DNA of 64,000 nt from Nitrospiraceae bacterium (GCA_037442105.1 JBBIQV010000007.1:1-64000); one strand, 5' to 3'; numbered from the stretch's first letter, positions 49,112 through 59,209 are shown. The notes: generated by a model not told the origin, from the sequence alone. Program-made: numbers and translations.

Positions 49112-52100
49112 ATGGTCCGTGCCTCCCTCCATAATCCCTACGCCGTCGTGGCGATCAGTCTGATCGTCGTGATCCTGGGGGTGGTGTCCTTCCAGAACAT
49201 GGTGGTGGACATTTTCCCGGAGATCAACCTGCCTGTTGTCGCCGTGGCCACCTTCTATAAGGGCATGGGCCCCTCCGAAATCGAAGGCGCCATCACTCTG
49301 AGGCTTGAGCAACTCTACCTGCAGGCCTCCTATGTGGAGCATATCGAGTCTCGCTCTCTGGCTGGTGTTAGTCTCATCAAGATCTATTTTCACCCCTCCT
49401 ACGACGTGAATGCCGGCATGGCCGAAATTACCAGCTTGACCTATTCGGCCTTGCGCTATCTGCCCCAGGGCGTCTTCCCGCCCATTATCATCAAGTTCGG
49501 CGCAGCCAGCCTGCCGATTGGGACCCTCACCGTCAACAGCGAGACCTTGGGAGAAAAAGAAGTGCGCGACCTCGCCTACTACGGCGTGCGGCCTCAACTG
49601 GCCAACGTGCCCGGCGTGTTCGTCGCCCCCAGCTTCGGCGGGACCGTCCGCCAGATCACAGTGTTTCTGGACCGGGAACGGATGCTCGCGCGGGGGCTCT
49701 CCACGAACGAGGTTGTCAGCGCGGTCAACGCCGAGAGTCTCCTGCTGCCGGCCGGCAATGTGAAGATCGGCGACTTTGACTACAACGTCTACACCAACAG
49801 CCTGATCCAGTTCGTCGAGCAGATGAACGACATCCCGATCAAGGTCGTCAACGGCGTGCCGGTCTTGCTGAAAGACGTAGGGAAGGCGGCGGATTCCACG
49901 ATGATCCAAGGCAACGTCGTGCGAATCAACAGCCGGCGGGCGGCGTATCTGCCGATCATGAAACAGGCGGGGGCGAACACCATCCAAGTGATCGACGGGA
50001 TCAAGGAGACCTTGCCGAAGCTGCTGGGCCTGCCCAAGGAACTGACCGTCAAGTTGATCTTCGACCAGTCGCTGTACATTCGGCAGGCGATCCAGACGTT
50101 GGAGCACGAGGGCCTCTTAGGCGGCGGGCTCGCCTGCCTGATGGTCCTCCTGTTCCTCGGAAGCCTACGTTCGACGCTCATTATTGCCTTGGCCATTCCA
50201 CTCTCCATCACCGCCGCATTTATCGGACTCTACTTCACAGGCCATACGGTCAACATCATGACCTTGGGCGGCCTGGCCCTGGCGGTAGGTCGGCTCGTCG
50301 ACGACGCGATCGTGGTGGTCGAGAACACGCACCGGCATCTGGCGATGGGCAAATCGTCGATGCAGGCGGCGCAGGATGCAGTCACCGAAGTGGCGCTGCC
50401 GATGCTGGTGATCACGGTCACCGTGTTTCTCGTGTTCTTGCCCATCGTCTTTTTCACCGGCGTCATCAAGTTTCTGTTCGTTCCGCTCGCCCTGGCCGTC
50501 GCCTATTCGATGATGGCGTCCTATGTTGTGGCGCTGACCGGCGCACCGGTCGCCATGGAATGGTTGCTCCGCAGGCATGGCCATACTTCTGCCTCTCACC
50601 ACGGCCCCCTCCCCCATCCAGGTGGAGAGGGAAGAAGATGGGGTCTCACAGGATGGTGGAATCGCGTGAACCTCTTCGAACCTTTCGTTGAGTCTTATGT
50701 CATCCTCCTCCGTTGGTGCTTGCGGCACAAGGCGGTGGTGGTGGTCGGCGTCACCGCCATCTTTGTCGGCTCCTTGCTGATGGCCCCGCGCATGGCCACA
50801 GAGTTTTTCCCCAAAGTTGACGCAGGCCAGTTCATCCTCAATGTGGCCGCGCCGGAAGGAACTCGCGTTGAGACGACCGAAGCGATCATCGGCCAAATCG
50901 AGGACCTCATTCGGGAGGAGATCCCATCAGATCAGCTCGACCAGATTGTCGCCAACATCGGCCTGCCTCACGGCTGGATGGTGCTGTTCACCCCGGTCAG
51001 CGGCCCCCATCAAGCCTTTCTGCTCGTGAGTCTTACCCACGTCCATACGGTCCGCACGGACGACCTCATCGCCGAGCTGCGCACACGCCTGGTCGAGGCC
51101 TTTCCGGGCTTGAAGTTTTCCTTTCAGAGCGGCGGGATCGTCAGCGACGTGATCAATTTCGGGTTGCCGGCCCCGATCGACATCAAGGTGAGCGGACCCA
51201 AGCTGACCGAGGTGGCCGAGGCAGCCTATCGTATTCGGGAGGTGGCGGCCCATGTGCCGGGCACGGCCGACGTGCAGGTGCGGCAGGGCATGAACTACCC
51301 TGAACTGTATCTCGATGTGGACCGATCCAAATCCGCCTATCTGGGCCTGAACGAGAAAGGGGTGGTCATGGATCTGGTCACGGGGCTCAGCTCCAACATG
51401 ACGCTGAACCCCGGCTACTGGATCGATCCGAAATCCAACAATGCTTACTTCGTCGTGGCGCAGTATCCGGAGCAGACGCTCATTACCTTCGAAGACTTTT
51501 TGAATACGCCGCTCGTCGGCGCCAAAGTCGAGCAGCCGGCGGTCGCCAGCGCGGTCGCTGCTGCGGGACGAGGGAGCGCTCTGGCACTCCAGCAGACCCC
51601 CTTTCCCGAACGTCCGACAATTCCGCAAACAGGGTCGGTGAACAGCGCGCCGGTGCTCCTCAGGGACCTGGTCGACGTCAGCCGAGAGACAGGCCCAGAA
51701 ACCGTGGACCATTACAATCTCCAGCGGACCATTGACGTGCTCGTCAGCGTGCCAGGCAATGATTTGGGCCGAGTAGCCGGCCAGGTTGAAAAAGCGCTGA
51801 AGAGGTTGACGTTCCCAAAGGACGTCATGCTGACGATCAAGGGGGAAGCCGACAGCTTGCGCGCGGCTCTGAGCGGGTTCAGCGGCACGCTACCGCTGGC
51901 CATGGTGTTGATCTACCTGGTGATGGTCGGGCTGTTTCGGTCTTATTTGGACCCCTTCGTGATTATGTTTGCCGTACCCTTGGGATTCATCGGCGTGATC
52001 TGGATGCTGCTCCTCACCAACACGTCGGTGAACCTCGAATCTCTCATCGGCACGTTGATGATGATCGGAATTGTGGTATCCAACAGCGTGTTACTGGTAG

Positions 52101-52390
52101 ACTTTGCTAACAACCGATTGCGGGAGGGCTTGCCCTTGGAAGAGGCCGTGGTGGAGGCTGGGAGACTTCGCATTCGCCCTATCTTAATGACCTCCCTGGC
52201 CACCGTGTTGGGACTGGCGCCGATGGCGCTCGGCATCGGCGAAGGCAGCGAAGCCAACATGCCGTTGGCACGCGCGGTCATCGGAGGACTGTTGGTCTCC
52301 ACATTTATGACGCTGCTGTTCATTCCCGTTCTGCACGTGATCGCCCGCGGAAGGCAAATGGATAGCGAACAGCGAATAGCTGGCAGCTAG
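49112..52390 (+). CDS. RND efflux permease subunit 2
   Basis: Close paralog of subunit 1; TM4 GRLVDDAIVVVEN. Confidence 0.95.
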   Translation: MVRASLHNPYAVVAISLIVVILGVVSFQNMVVDIFPEINLPVVAVATFYKGMGPSEIEGAITLRLEQLYLQASYVEHIESRSLAGVSLIKIYFHPSYDVNAGMAEITSLTYSALRYLPQGVFPPIIIKFGAASLPIGTLTVNSETLGEKEVRDLAYYGVRPQLANVPGVFVAPSFGGTVRQITVFLDRERMLARGLSTNEVVSAVNAESLLLPAGNVKIGDFDYNVYTNSLIQFVEQMNDIPIKVVNGVPVLLKDVGKAADSTMIQGNVVRINSRRAAYLPIMKQAGANTIQVIDGIKETLPKLLGLPKELTVKLIFDQSLYIRQAIQTLEHEGLLGGGLACLMVLLFLGSLRSTLIIALAIPLSITAAFIGLYFTGHTVNIMTLGGLALAVGRLVDDAIVVVENTHRHLAMGKSSMQAAQDAVTEVALPMLVITVTVFLVFLPIVFFTGVIKFLFVPLALAVAYSMMASYVVALTGAPVAMEWLLRRHGHTSASHHGPLPHPGGEGRRWGLTGWWNRVNLFEPFVESYVILLRWCLRHKAVVVVGVTAIFVGSLLMAPRMATEFFPKVDAGQFILNVAAPEGTRVETTEAIIGQIEDLIREEIPSDQLDQIVANIGLPHGWMVLFTPVSGPHQAFLLVSLTHVHTVRTDDLIAELRTRLVEAFPGLKFSFQSGGIVSDVINFGLPAPIDIKVSGPKLTEVAEAAYRIREVAAHVPGTADVQVRQGMNYPELYLDVDRSKSAYLGLNEKGVVMDLVTGLSSNMTLNPGYWIDPKSNNAYFVVAQYPEQTLITFEDFLNTPLVGAKVEQPAVASAVAAAGRGSALALQQTPFPERPTIPQTGSVNSAPVLLRDLVDVSRETGPETVDHYNLQRTIDVLVSVPGNDLGRVAGQVEKALKRLTFPKDVMLTIKGEADSLRAALSGFSGTLPLAMVLIYLVMVGLFRSYLDPFVIMFAVPLGFIGVIWMLLLTNTSVNLESLIGTLMMIGIVVSNSVLLVDFANNRLREGLPLEEAVVEAGRLRIRPILMTSLATVLGLAPMALGIGEGSEANMPLARAVIGGLLVSTFMTLLFIPVLHVIARGRQMDSEQRIAGS

Positions 52391-52518
52391 CAGCAAAGGA
52401 AAATACACGACGTTCTACGGCGCACTTGGTCTTGCGCTTCACTCTTAGCTACTCGCTACCTGCTATTCGCTATACGCTGTGTTTTAGCTGTTCGCTCTCA
52501 GCTACCCGCTACTCGCTC
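52361..52518. repeat. Inverted heptamer arrays after RND2
   Basis: GCGAACA GCGAATA GCTGGCA GCTAGCA ... GCTACTC GCTACCT GCTATTC GCTATAC ... GCTGTTC GCTCTCA GCTACCC GCTACTC. Confidence 0.8.
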
Positions 52519-52537
52519 GAAGGAGTTGAAGGACTCG

Positions 52538-53707
52538 ATGGAGCAGAGACCGCATCGAACAGGACGTTTCAAGTTATTGGCCTTTGCTGGAATCGCGGTC
52601 GGACTGTTGATCGCGATTGCGATTGCGTTCCAGAAGGAACCGACTACTGTTCCGCAGCCGGAGTCGGAAGGAAAGAGCCCTGCACCTGTTCATCAAGCTG
52701 TTGGTGCGATCCCGGTCCAAGTCTTGAAACTACAGCGACGAGACATCGCCCAAACCCTCACGTTACCGGCGAACGTTTCACCCTGGTATCAAGCCACCCT
52801 CTATGCCAAGACTCCGGGCTATCTGAAATGGATCGGCTTCGACAAGGGCGACACCGTGAAGAAAGGGCAACTGCTGGCGGAGATCGACTCCCCAGAAGTT
52901 GAGCAGCAATTTCGGCAGGCGGAAGCGGATTACAGAATTAAGCAGGTCACCTATCAACGCCTCTTGAATGTCTGGAAGGAAAACCCCGATGTCATAGCTA
53001 AACAAGACGTGGATGTGGCGGAAGCTGCGGCCAAAGGCGCCAAGCATTTGATGGAAAACCACCGGACGCTGCTCGCCTATACCAAAGTCTCTGCTCCCTT
53101 CTCAGGCGTGATCACAGCCCGGTTTGCCGATCCCGGCGCCCTCATTCAGGCAGCGACTGGGTCGGCCACCCAAGCAGCGCCACTGTACACTCTCATGGAC
53201 CTGGACACGGTTCGGGTCTATGCCAGCGTTCCCCAGGAAGCAGCCTTGCTGGCCAAGCCAAGTGTTCCTGTGATCATTACCTCCAGGGAACTGCCGGGAC
53301 AGGAATTACGCGCCACGATCACACGAACGACCCAGGCGCTTGATCCAGCCACAAGAACGCTCCTGGTGGAGATCGACCTCCCCAATCCGGATCATCGGCT
53401 TCAGCCTGGGATGTTCGTCACCACCACCCTGATTCTCAAGGAGCATCCTCAGGTCTTGACTTTGCCCCCCGCTGCCCTCGTGACCAGGGCGAACGGCAAG
53501 TCCGTCTTCATCGTGGAAGGAGGCCGTGCGAAGCAGGTATCGGTCAAAACCGGTCTTGACGACGGTGTCTGGATCGAAATTACCGAAGGACTCCAGGAAG
53601 GAATGGATGTGGTGGTCGTCGGCAAGTCAGGCCTCACCGATGGCCAAGCAGTCCAAGCTTCCCCCTCCACCCTCCCAGCCGGCAAACCGGCCAGCCAGAA
53701 ACTCTGA
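52538..53707 (+). CDS. RND periplasmic adaptor (membrane fusion protein)
   Basis: N-terminal TM; GD.VKKGQLLAEI, APFSGVIT.R, TRTL.VEI..PN....LQPGMF. Confidence 0.93.
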   Translation: MEQRPHRTGRFKLLAFAGIAVGLLIAIAIAFQKEPTTVPQPESEGKSPAPVHQAVGAIPVQVLKLQRRDIAQTLTLPANVSPWYQATLYAKTPGYLKWIGFDKGDTVKKGQLLAEIDSPEVEQQFRQAEADYRIKQVTYQRLLNVWKENPDVIAKQDVDVAEAAAKGAKHLMENHRTLLAYTKVSAPFSGVITARFADPGALIQAATGSATQAAPLYTLMDLDTVRVYASVPQEAALLAKPSVPVIITSRELPGQELRATITRTTQALDPATRTLLVEIDLPNPDHRLQPGMFVTTTLILKEHPQVLTLPPAALVTRANGKSVFIVEGGRAKQVSVKTGLDDGVWIEITEGLQEGMDVVVVGKSGLTDGQAVQASPSTLPAGKPASQKL

Positions 53708-53732
53708 GTTCACCAGAGAAAGGAGACGTTTG

Positions 53733-55133
53733 ATGCGGTATCAACCTCTCACCTCTGTTGCTGTCATTTCTGCGTGTCTTTCCATGCTCTGCCTTTCGGT
53801 ATCAACCGAGATCGGCTTCGCCCAGATGAGCAAATCACCGGGAAAGGAGCCTCCCAAGGAAAGTCTGGTCCAGGGTCGCTTTCTCGCCCTGAAGGAGGCG
53901 ATAGAGCTGGCGCTGCAGCAACATCCGCTGGTCCAAGCAGCCAACGCCAACCTGAAGGCGGCACAAGCCCGTACGGAGCAGACACGCTCTCTCTACTATC
54001 CGCAAGTCTATGCCGACTTTGCGACGGCAGGCGGCGTCGGCGGTATCAACCCTCGCTTCGTGACCCCGGCCGGCTCCATGCTGCGGCAAAACCTAAGCCA
54101 GTACACAGGCGGCGTCATCGCGAGCCAGCGGCTTTATGACTTTGGGTTCACGAAAGATCTCGTAGAGTCATCGGATAAGGCGGCTGTTGCACAGGAACAA
54201 GATGTCAATGCGCGACGGGCTTTGGTCGAATTGAATGTTCAGCGGGTGTATCTGACCAGTCTCAAACAGCGGCGCCTTGTTCAAATCGCGGAAGACACCA
54301 TCCGCGTGCGCGGCACGATCAGGTCTCAGGTCGAAGCGCTGTATCGGCAGCAGCTCAAATCCAAGCTGGACCTTGATTTTGTCCAGGTGGAACTGACCAA
54401 CGCAGAATCGGCCCTCGTCAAGGCGCGCAACAACCTCAAGGCCGGTTTTGCCGACTTGAATCGCGCCATGGGCGTCCCCGGTTCAGACGACTACGTACTG
54501 GAAGATGTCTCGACCGAGGTCCGCTCCCTTCCCCCACTCGATACGTTCCTGACGAGCAGCCGTTCCCACCCGGAATTGAAACGGGCTCAAGAACAGCTCC
54601 GTTCGGCTGAAGCCAAAGTGCGCGCGACCCAGAAACAATACCTTCCCACTGTGAACGCGATCGGAAGCGCCGGAGATTTTGAGACGTTCGACTCAAGCCG
54701 GCCTGAACGGACCGGCGGGTGGTGGGCCGCCAGTGCGGTCTTATCGTTTCCGCTCTTTACCGGTTTCTTGATCGAAAACCAGGTTGTGGAAGCGAAGGCC
54801 CAGCAGGCCGCCGCCGGCGCAACCACGGAAGACATCGGACAGGCTCTTACCCAACAGGTCACCGCCTCATATCTGGACCTGATCTCGCTGGCCCAACAGA
54901 TCAAGCTGAACGAAGAGCTCGTGAAGACCGCCACGGAGGGGCTGCAGCTCGCGCGCGAACGGTACAAGCTGGGCCTCGGCTCTGTCGTGGAAGTGACCCA
55001 ATCCGAGGTCGCCTTGACTGCCGCTCAGACCAAGCTGGCGGAAGCTCAATACGACTATAAAATCGCGGAAGTGACGTTGGCCTATGCCGCAGGCGGCTCA
55101 GCTCTATTGACGGTGGAGCCCGCTGTCCGCTGA
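53733..55133 (+). CDS. TolC-family outer membrane efflux protein
   Basis: AAGGAG RBS; L.EAI..AL..HP, YYP, LYDFG, PLFTG, A.ERY..G. Confidence 0.93.
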   Translation: MRYQPLTSVAVISACLSMLCLSVSTEIGFAQMSKSPGKEPPKESLVQGRFLALKEAIELALQQHPLVQAANANLKAAQARTEQTRSLYYPQVYADFATAGGVGGINPRFVTPAGSMLRQNLSQYTGGVIASQRLYDFGFTKDLVESSDKAAVAQEQDVNARRALVELNVQRVYLTSLKQRRLVQIAEDTIRVRGTIRSQVEALYRQQLKSKLDLDFVQVELTNAESALVKARNNLKAGFADLNRAMGVPGSDDYVLEDVSTEVRSLPPLDTFLTSSRSHPELKRAQEQLRSAEAKVRATQKQYLPTVNAIGSAGDFETFDSSRPERTGGWWAASAVLSFPLFTGFLIENQVVEAKAQQAAAGATTEDIGQALTQQVTASYLDLISLAQQIKLNEELVKTATEGLQLARERYKLGLGSVVEVTQSEVALTAAQTKLAEAQYDYKIAEVTLAYAAGGSALLTVEPAVR

Positions 55134-55829
55134 CCAGGATGGAAGCGACACTGAAGGACCGGGGAAGACTTTCTTCAGATCGATGACAAGCTCGTCCTTC
55201 TCGTTGGCCAGCACGACGTCCCAGATACTGGCTTCGTGCTTCACGACCGCATGTCCGAGGTCGAAAAAGAGATCGAAGCCTTTCGGACCGGTCGGACTCA
55301 TGGGATAACGACGATCGTAGATCATGCCGTAGGCCGGAATCCCGTACACGATCTGCCAGTTGCCGAGCAGGAAATGCAACTCGGTTCCCTGCACGTACAA
55401 CCCGCCGGAGGTGACAATACGTTTGACCGATGTTTGAGGCTTACTGAGGTAATAGGTTACTCGTTCGTTTTGCCGCACTTGAGCGAGCGCTTCCGAAAGT
55501 CGCGGCGCTAAGAGCGCAATCTCCTCCTCTCCGAACGCCGGCACCTTGGGCGCCTCACCTTGAAACCACCGTTGAATGCTGATGCGGTGTTCCTGAACCG
55601 CCAGACCCTTCAGGATGCGCGTCATCTCCTCGACGCTGATGAAAGCCGGGTGATCGTGCGCGCTTGGCGGCCACTCCGGCAGAACAGCCGCGTCGATTTC
55701 CAACCGGACATAATTGACGGGATCTTCGTAGACCGTTCGGGAAGGGATTTGCGGAATGGCACAGCCGGCGGCGATTGCCGCCAGTGATAAATTAAAAATG
55801 AAAAATGCAAATTTGGTGGTACATACCAT
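55104..55829 (-). CDS. Hypothetical lipoprotein
   Basis: Phe-rich h-region and lipobox AAGC. Confidence 0.7.
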   Translation of the reverse strand: MVCTTKFAFFIFNLSLAAIAAGCAIPQIPSRTVYEDPVNYVRLEIDAAVLPEWPPSAHDHPAFISVEEMTRILKGLAVQEHRISIQRWFQGEAPKVPAFGEEEIALLAPRLSEALAQVRQNERVTYYLSKPQTSVKRIVTSGGLYVQGTELHFLLGNWQIVYGIPAYGMIYDRRYPMSPTGPKGFDLFFDLGHAVVKHEASIWDVVLANEKDELVIDLKKVFPGPSVSLPSWSADSGLHRQ

Positions 55830-55867
55830 TTTGTTGAGTTTTCATTTTGAATTTTACATTTTGCATT
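55786..55867. repeat. AT-rich inverted heptamer arrays flanking a start codon
   Basis: Minus strand: AATGCAA AATGTAA AATTCAA AATGAAA ... ATG ... TTTGCAT TTTTCAT TTTTAAT. Confidence 0.8.
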
Positions 55868-55874
55868 GTGACGG

Positions 55875-56387
55875 TCAGCCTTCGCTGACCGTCACCGTCA
55901 TCTCCACCCGTTCCAGCGGGTTGTCTCGCCCATCGCGCTTCATGTTAACGACCTTGTCGGCCACCTCCATTCCGCTGGCGACCTCGCCGAAGACCGTATA
56001 TTGCCAATCGAGGAAATTCGAATCGGCCACGCAGATGAAGAACTGTGAACCGGCGCTGTCGGGATCGTTGGACCGTGCCATGGACAACGTGCCGCGTTTG
56101 TGAGGCCGGCTGTTGAACTCGGCCTTGACGCGGTAACCGGGCCCGCCCATCCCATGCGAAGCCCGGTCGGGATTCTTGCTGTTCGGATCGCCGCCTTGAA
56201 TCATGAAGCCGGGGATCACCCGATGAAAAGTCGTGCCGTTGTAGAAACCGTCCTTCGCCAGCTTCGTAAAGTTCTTCACATGCCCCGGCGCCACATCGGA
56301 AAAGAACCGGAGCACGATATCACCCAGCGATTCGCCTTTGCTGGTCACTCGAATCGTTGCGCGTGTCTTGTCGCTCGTCTCTGACAT
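55875..56387 (-). CDS. Cyclophilin-type peptidyl-prolyl isomerase
   Basis: FYNGTTFHRVIPGFMIQGGDP, SMAR..DPDSAGSQFFI, YTVFG.V. Confidence 0.96.
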   Translation of the reverse strand: MSETSDKTRATIRVTSKGESLGDIVLRFFSDVAPGHVKNFTKLAKDGFYNGTTFHRVIPGFMIQGGDPNSKNPDRASHGMGGPGYRVKAEFNSRPHKRGTLSMARSNDPDSAGSQFFICVADSNFLDWQYTVFGEVASGMEVADKVVNMKRDGRDNPLERVEMTVTVSEG

Positions 56388-56398
56388 GCCACATCCTT

Positions 56399-57502
56399 TC
56401 AGTTCATGGGAAATTGAAATGGTGACACCATCCCGCCTTGCAACCCCTCGCTGACGGACACCCAGGTCCCTCCATCGTCGTCGCTGCGGAACACCCCCGA
56501 ACTCGTTCCCGCATAGAGCGCCCCTCCGTGGGATTCCACCAGCACCTGGACGGCCAGATTGCCGAGCCCCTTGTTCAGAGGCGTCCACTGCCTCCCTTTG
56601 TCCACCGTCTTATAGATTCCTCGGCCGGTCGCCACGAACAGTCCTCGTTCGTTGCTCACGATTCCGCGGATAGAATCGTTCGGGAGCGCACGGCTGATCT
56701 GCCGCCAGGTCTCTCCCCCGTCTGCGCTTCGGAATACCCCACCGTCGAAGGTGCCGGCATAGACTCCCTGATCCTTGTCGATTGCCAACACACGGATGAA
56801 ATTTACCACCATGCCTTCATGATCCTTGAGTCCATGGCGCATGCGCGCCCACCCTGGCGCATGTTCCTTGTAACGCAACACGCCCTTTCCCGAGGTGCCG
56901 GCAAACAGCGTCCCATCCGCCGAACGGACAAGCGCATGTACCAGGATTTCGTCGAGCCCTTCTGTCACAACAACCCATCGATCCTCCGGCTGACTTAGAC
57001 GGTACACACCGTCGCCGGTCCCGGCATAAATCACATCGCTCGTGATAAGCAGGGTCTTGACTTCGAGGCGTTTCAGACCGGCATTGATCACTTTCCAGGT
57101 CTTTCCGTGATCGCGCGTGCGGAACACGCCTCCGCGGAACGTTCCCGCGTAGACCACTCCATCGCGGCCGGTGGCCAGGGACAGTATGAATGGGTCTGTG
57201 ACGCCCTCGCTGGCCGGAGCCCAGAAGCCCCCCCGATCTTCGCTGCGGAAAATGCCCATCCCGAACGACCCGGCATAGATCGTGTCCTTCCCCACAGTCG
57301 TCAAAGCTTGAATGCTGGCACCGGATTGCGCAGCGACATCGGGCAACCCCGTACTTTCACTCCCTGTCCCGCCCTCAGGAGAACGAAGCCCGCCGGCATA
57401 AAAGGCCGGCTCCTCCGGCTCAGCAGACATCACAGGGATGGGCAAGCCGAAGCAGGCAAAAGATAATAGGCAAAAGGAACAATGGAGGAGAGGATTCTTC
57501 AA
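56399..57502 (-). CDS. Exported BNR/Asp-box beta-propeller protein
   Basis: Repeated YAGT..GVFRS.D.G.TW; TTG start uncertain. Confidence 0.85.
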   Translation of the reverse strand: MKNPLLHCSFCLLSFACFGLPIPVMSAEPEEPAFYAGGLRSPEGGTGSESTGLPDVAAQSGASIQALTTVGKDTIYAGSFGMGIFRSEDRGGFWAPASEGVTDPFILSLATGRDGVVYAGTFRGGVFRTRDHGKTWKVINAGLKRLEVKTLLITSDVIYAGTGDGVYRLSQPEDRWVVVTEGLDEILVHALVRSADGTLFAGTSGKGVLRYKEHAPGWARMRHGLKDHEGMVVNFIRVLAIDKDQGVYAGTFDGGVFRSADGGETWRQISRALPNDSIRGIVSNERGLFVATGRGIYKTVDKGRQWTPLNKGLGNLAVQVLVESHGGALYAGTSSGVFRSDDDGGTWVSVSEGLQGGMVSPFQFPMN

Positions 57503-57544
57503 TTTGAACTGTTCCTTTTTTACTCTTGTCTTCTTGTTTTGACC

Positions 57545-58321
57545 CTACCGCACCCGATGGCCGGCGGTTTCTATGGGGATGTCTGGATCCATGGGCAGCT
57601 CGACCGGCGATCCCGGCATTTCACGCCCGAAAAGGCGCGCTCCGAGGATTCCGATCTCGTACAAAACCATCAACGGCACCGCCATGAGCAACATCGTAAA
57701 CAGCGTCGCGTCCGGCGTGACCACTGCCGATAGGATCAAACAAGCGAGGATGGCATGCTTCCGGTAGCGGGCCAGGACCTGCGCTGAGATGACCCCGACG
57801 CGCGCGAGCAGGGTCAGCACGAGCGGCAACTCGAACGCGCATCCGAAGATCAGCAGAAACTTCACATTGAAATCGATATAGGTTCCGACTCCCAGCGCCG
57901 GCGTGATGTCCCGATCCATACCGAAACTGACGAAGAAGTCGATGACGAGCGGCAGGATGACGAGGTTACAAAACACCAATCCCAGCGCGAAGAGACCCCC
58001 CGCCAGCAGAAACAACGGAATCGCCCAGCGCTGCTCGTTGGGGAGCAGCGCCGGCTCGATGAACTTCCAGAAGTGGTAGAACATCACAGGCAGAGTGAGC
58101 ACGATCCCGGCAAGGAACGACACCTTGATTGCCGCAAAGAGGGCTTCCGTCGGCCCATAGAATACCAACTGATTGGGGAAGGGCCGGTTCAGCCAGGCCA
58201 CCATCTCAGCCGAGTAGGCAAACGTAAAGGCGAAAGCCGCGATCAGCGTCGCCCCGATAATATACAGTCGTCGCTTGACCGTGCACAGATGGGCAGCCAG
58301 GGGATGGATCATTGCGGCCAT
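57545..58321 (-). CDS. tatC: Twin-arginine translocase subunit TatC
   Basis: PL..HL...RRL, W.FI.PAL...E, FELP, SAVVTP.A. Confidence 0.94.
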   Translation of the reverse strand: MAAMIHPLAAHLCTVKRRLYIIGATLIAAFAFTFAYSAEMVAWLNRPFPNQLVFYGPTEALFAAIKVSFLAGIVLTLPVMFYHFWKFIEPALLPNEQRWAIPLFLLAGGLFALGLVFCNLVILPLVIDFFVSFGMDRDITPALGVGTYIDFNVKFLLIFGCAFELPLVLTLLARVGVISAQVLARYRKHAILACLILSAVVTPDATLFTMLLMAVPLMVLYEIGILGARLFGREMPGSPVELPMDPDIPIETAGHRVR

Positions 58322-58382
58322 AGGTCAGACGATTACTCTTGATCTCTTGATCAGATCGCTGGAACCGGCTCGTTCAAGTCGC

Positions 58383-58622
58383 TCAGTGTGTGGACACAGG
58401 ATCCTGCTGTCGATACAGACGGATCAGTTCTGCCATCTTATCTTTCTTCTGTAGTTTTTCCTTCTGAAGCTGCTTCTTCAACGTCTCTTCCGCCGGCGTG
58501 AGCACATGGCGTTTCTGCAATTCGTTCAACTCATTGTCCAGACGATGGTGAGACTCCTCCAGCTCTCGGAATTCGGTGCTGGATTGGCGTAACCGCTCCA
58601 CAATCGAACTGTCCGTCAGCAT
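58383..58622 (-). CDS. DUF465/YdcH-family small coiled-coil protein
   Basis: F..L...H..LD.EL......L...E....K.L.KEKL..KD. Confidence 0.8.
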   Translation of the reverse strand: MLTDSSIVERLRQSSTEFRELEESHHRLDNELNELQKRHVLTPAEETLKKQLQKEKLQKKDKMAELIRLYRQQDPVSTH

Positions 58623-58693
58623 GCCGCACCTCCTCTGGTGAAAGGGTGACCGGAGCCCAGCGCTTTACTCTGTCCAATATCCGCATGATCAGT

Positions 58694-59206
58694 TCATGCA
58701 GGTGATTGTACGCCAATCGGTTCCATCTCCATCAACACGGCATCCTCGGTCGGATTCGTGTAATACTTGGCGCGGATCGCCATCCGCCGGAAGCCGAGCT
58801 TCTCATACAGGGCGATCGCTGCCTCGTTGGAAGCGCGCACCTCCAGCAAGGCTCTCACGGCTCCCTGCTCACGGCCGGCTTGGAGCGCGCGCCTTACGAA
58901 TTGGGTCGCGATACCCCGGCGGCGCGCCGATTCCACCACCGCCAGATTCATCACGCGCACCTCTTCGAATACGATCCAGAAGCAGAGATACCCCACGGTC
59001 GCCATGGTTGAAGCGTCAGGGTCCCGCCGTCTGGCGATGAGGAAACGAGCAAATTGATTGGCCCTCAGTTCCGCCTCCAACATTTTGCGCGTCCAGGGCG
59101 CAGAGAAGCAAGCCTCCTCAATACGAAGCAAGTCAGGCAAATCGGCCGGCGTAGCCGGCTCGATGATCTCCTCGCAGGCCATCTCCTCTCGCATCACATC
59201 CTTCAT
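58694..59206 (-). CDS. rimI: Ribosomal-protein-alanine N-acetyltransferase
   Basis: IE..CF..PW, NLAV....RRRG, LEVRASN..A..LY..LGF, R..YY...EDA. Confidence 0.92.
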   Translation of the reverse strand: MKDVMREEMACEEIIEPATPADLPDLLRIEEACFSAPWTRKMLEAELRANQFARFLIARRRDPDASTMATVGYLCFWIVFEEVRVMNLAVVESARRRGIATQFVRRALQAGREQGAVRALLEVRASNEAAIALYEKLGFRRMAIRAKYYTNPTEDAVLMEMEPIGVQSPA

Positions 59207-59209
59207 AAG

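Noticed and set aside
52426..52902. 158-aa ORF beginning MVLRFTLSYSLPAIRY
   Set aside because: Translation of a heptamer array running out of frame into the adaptor gene.
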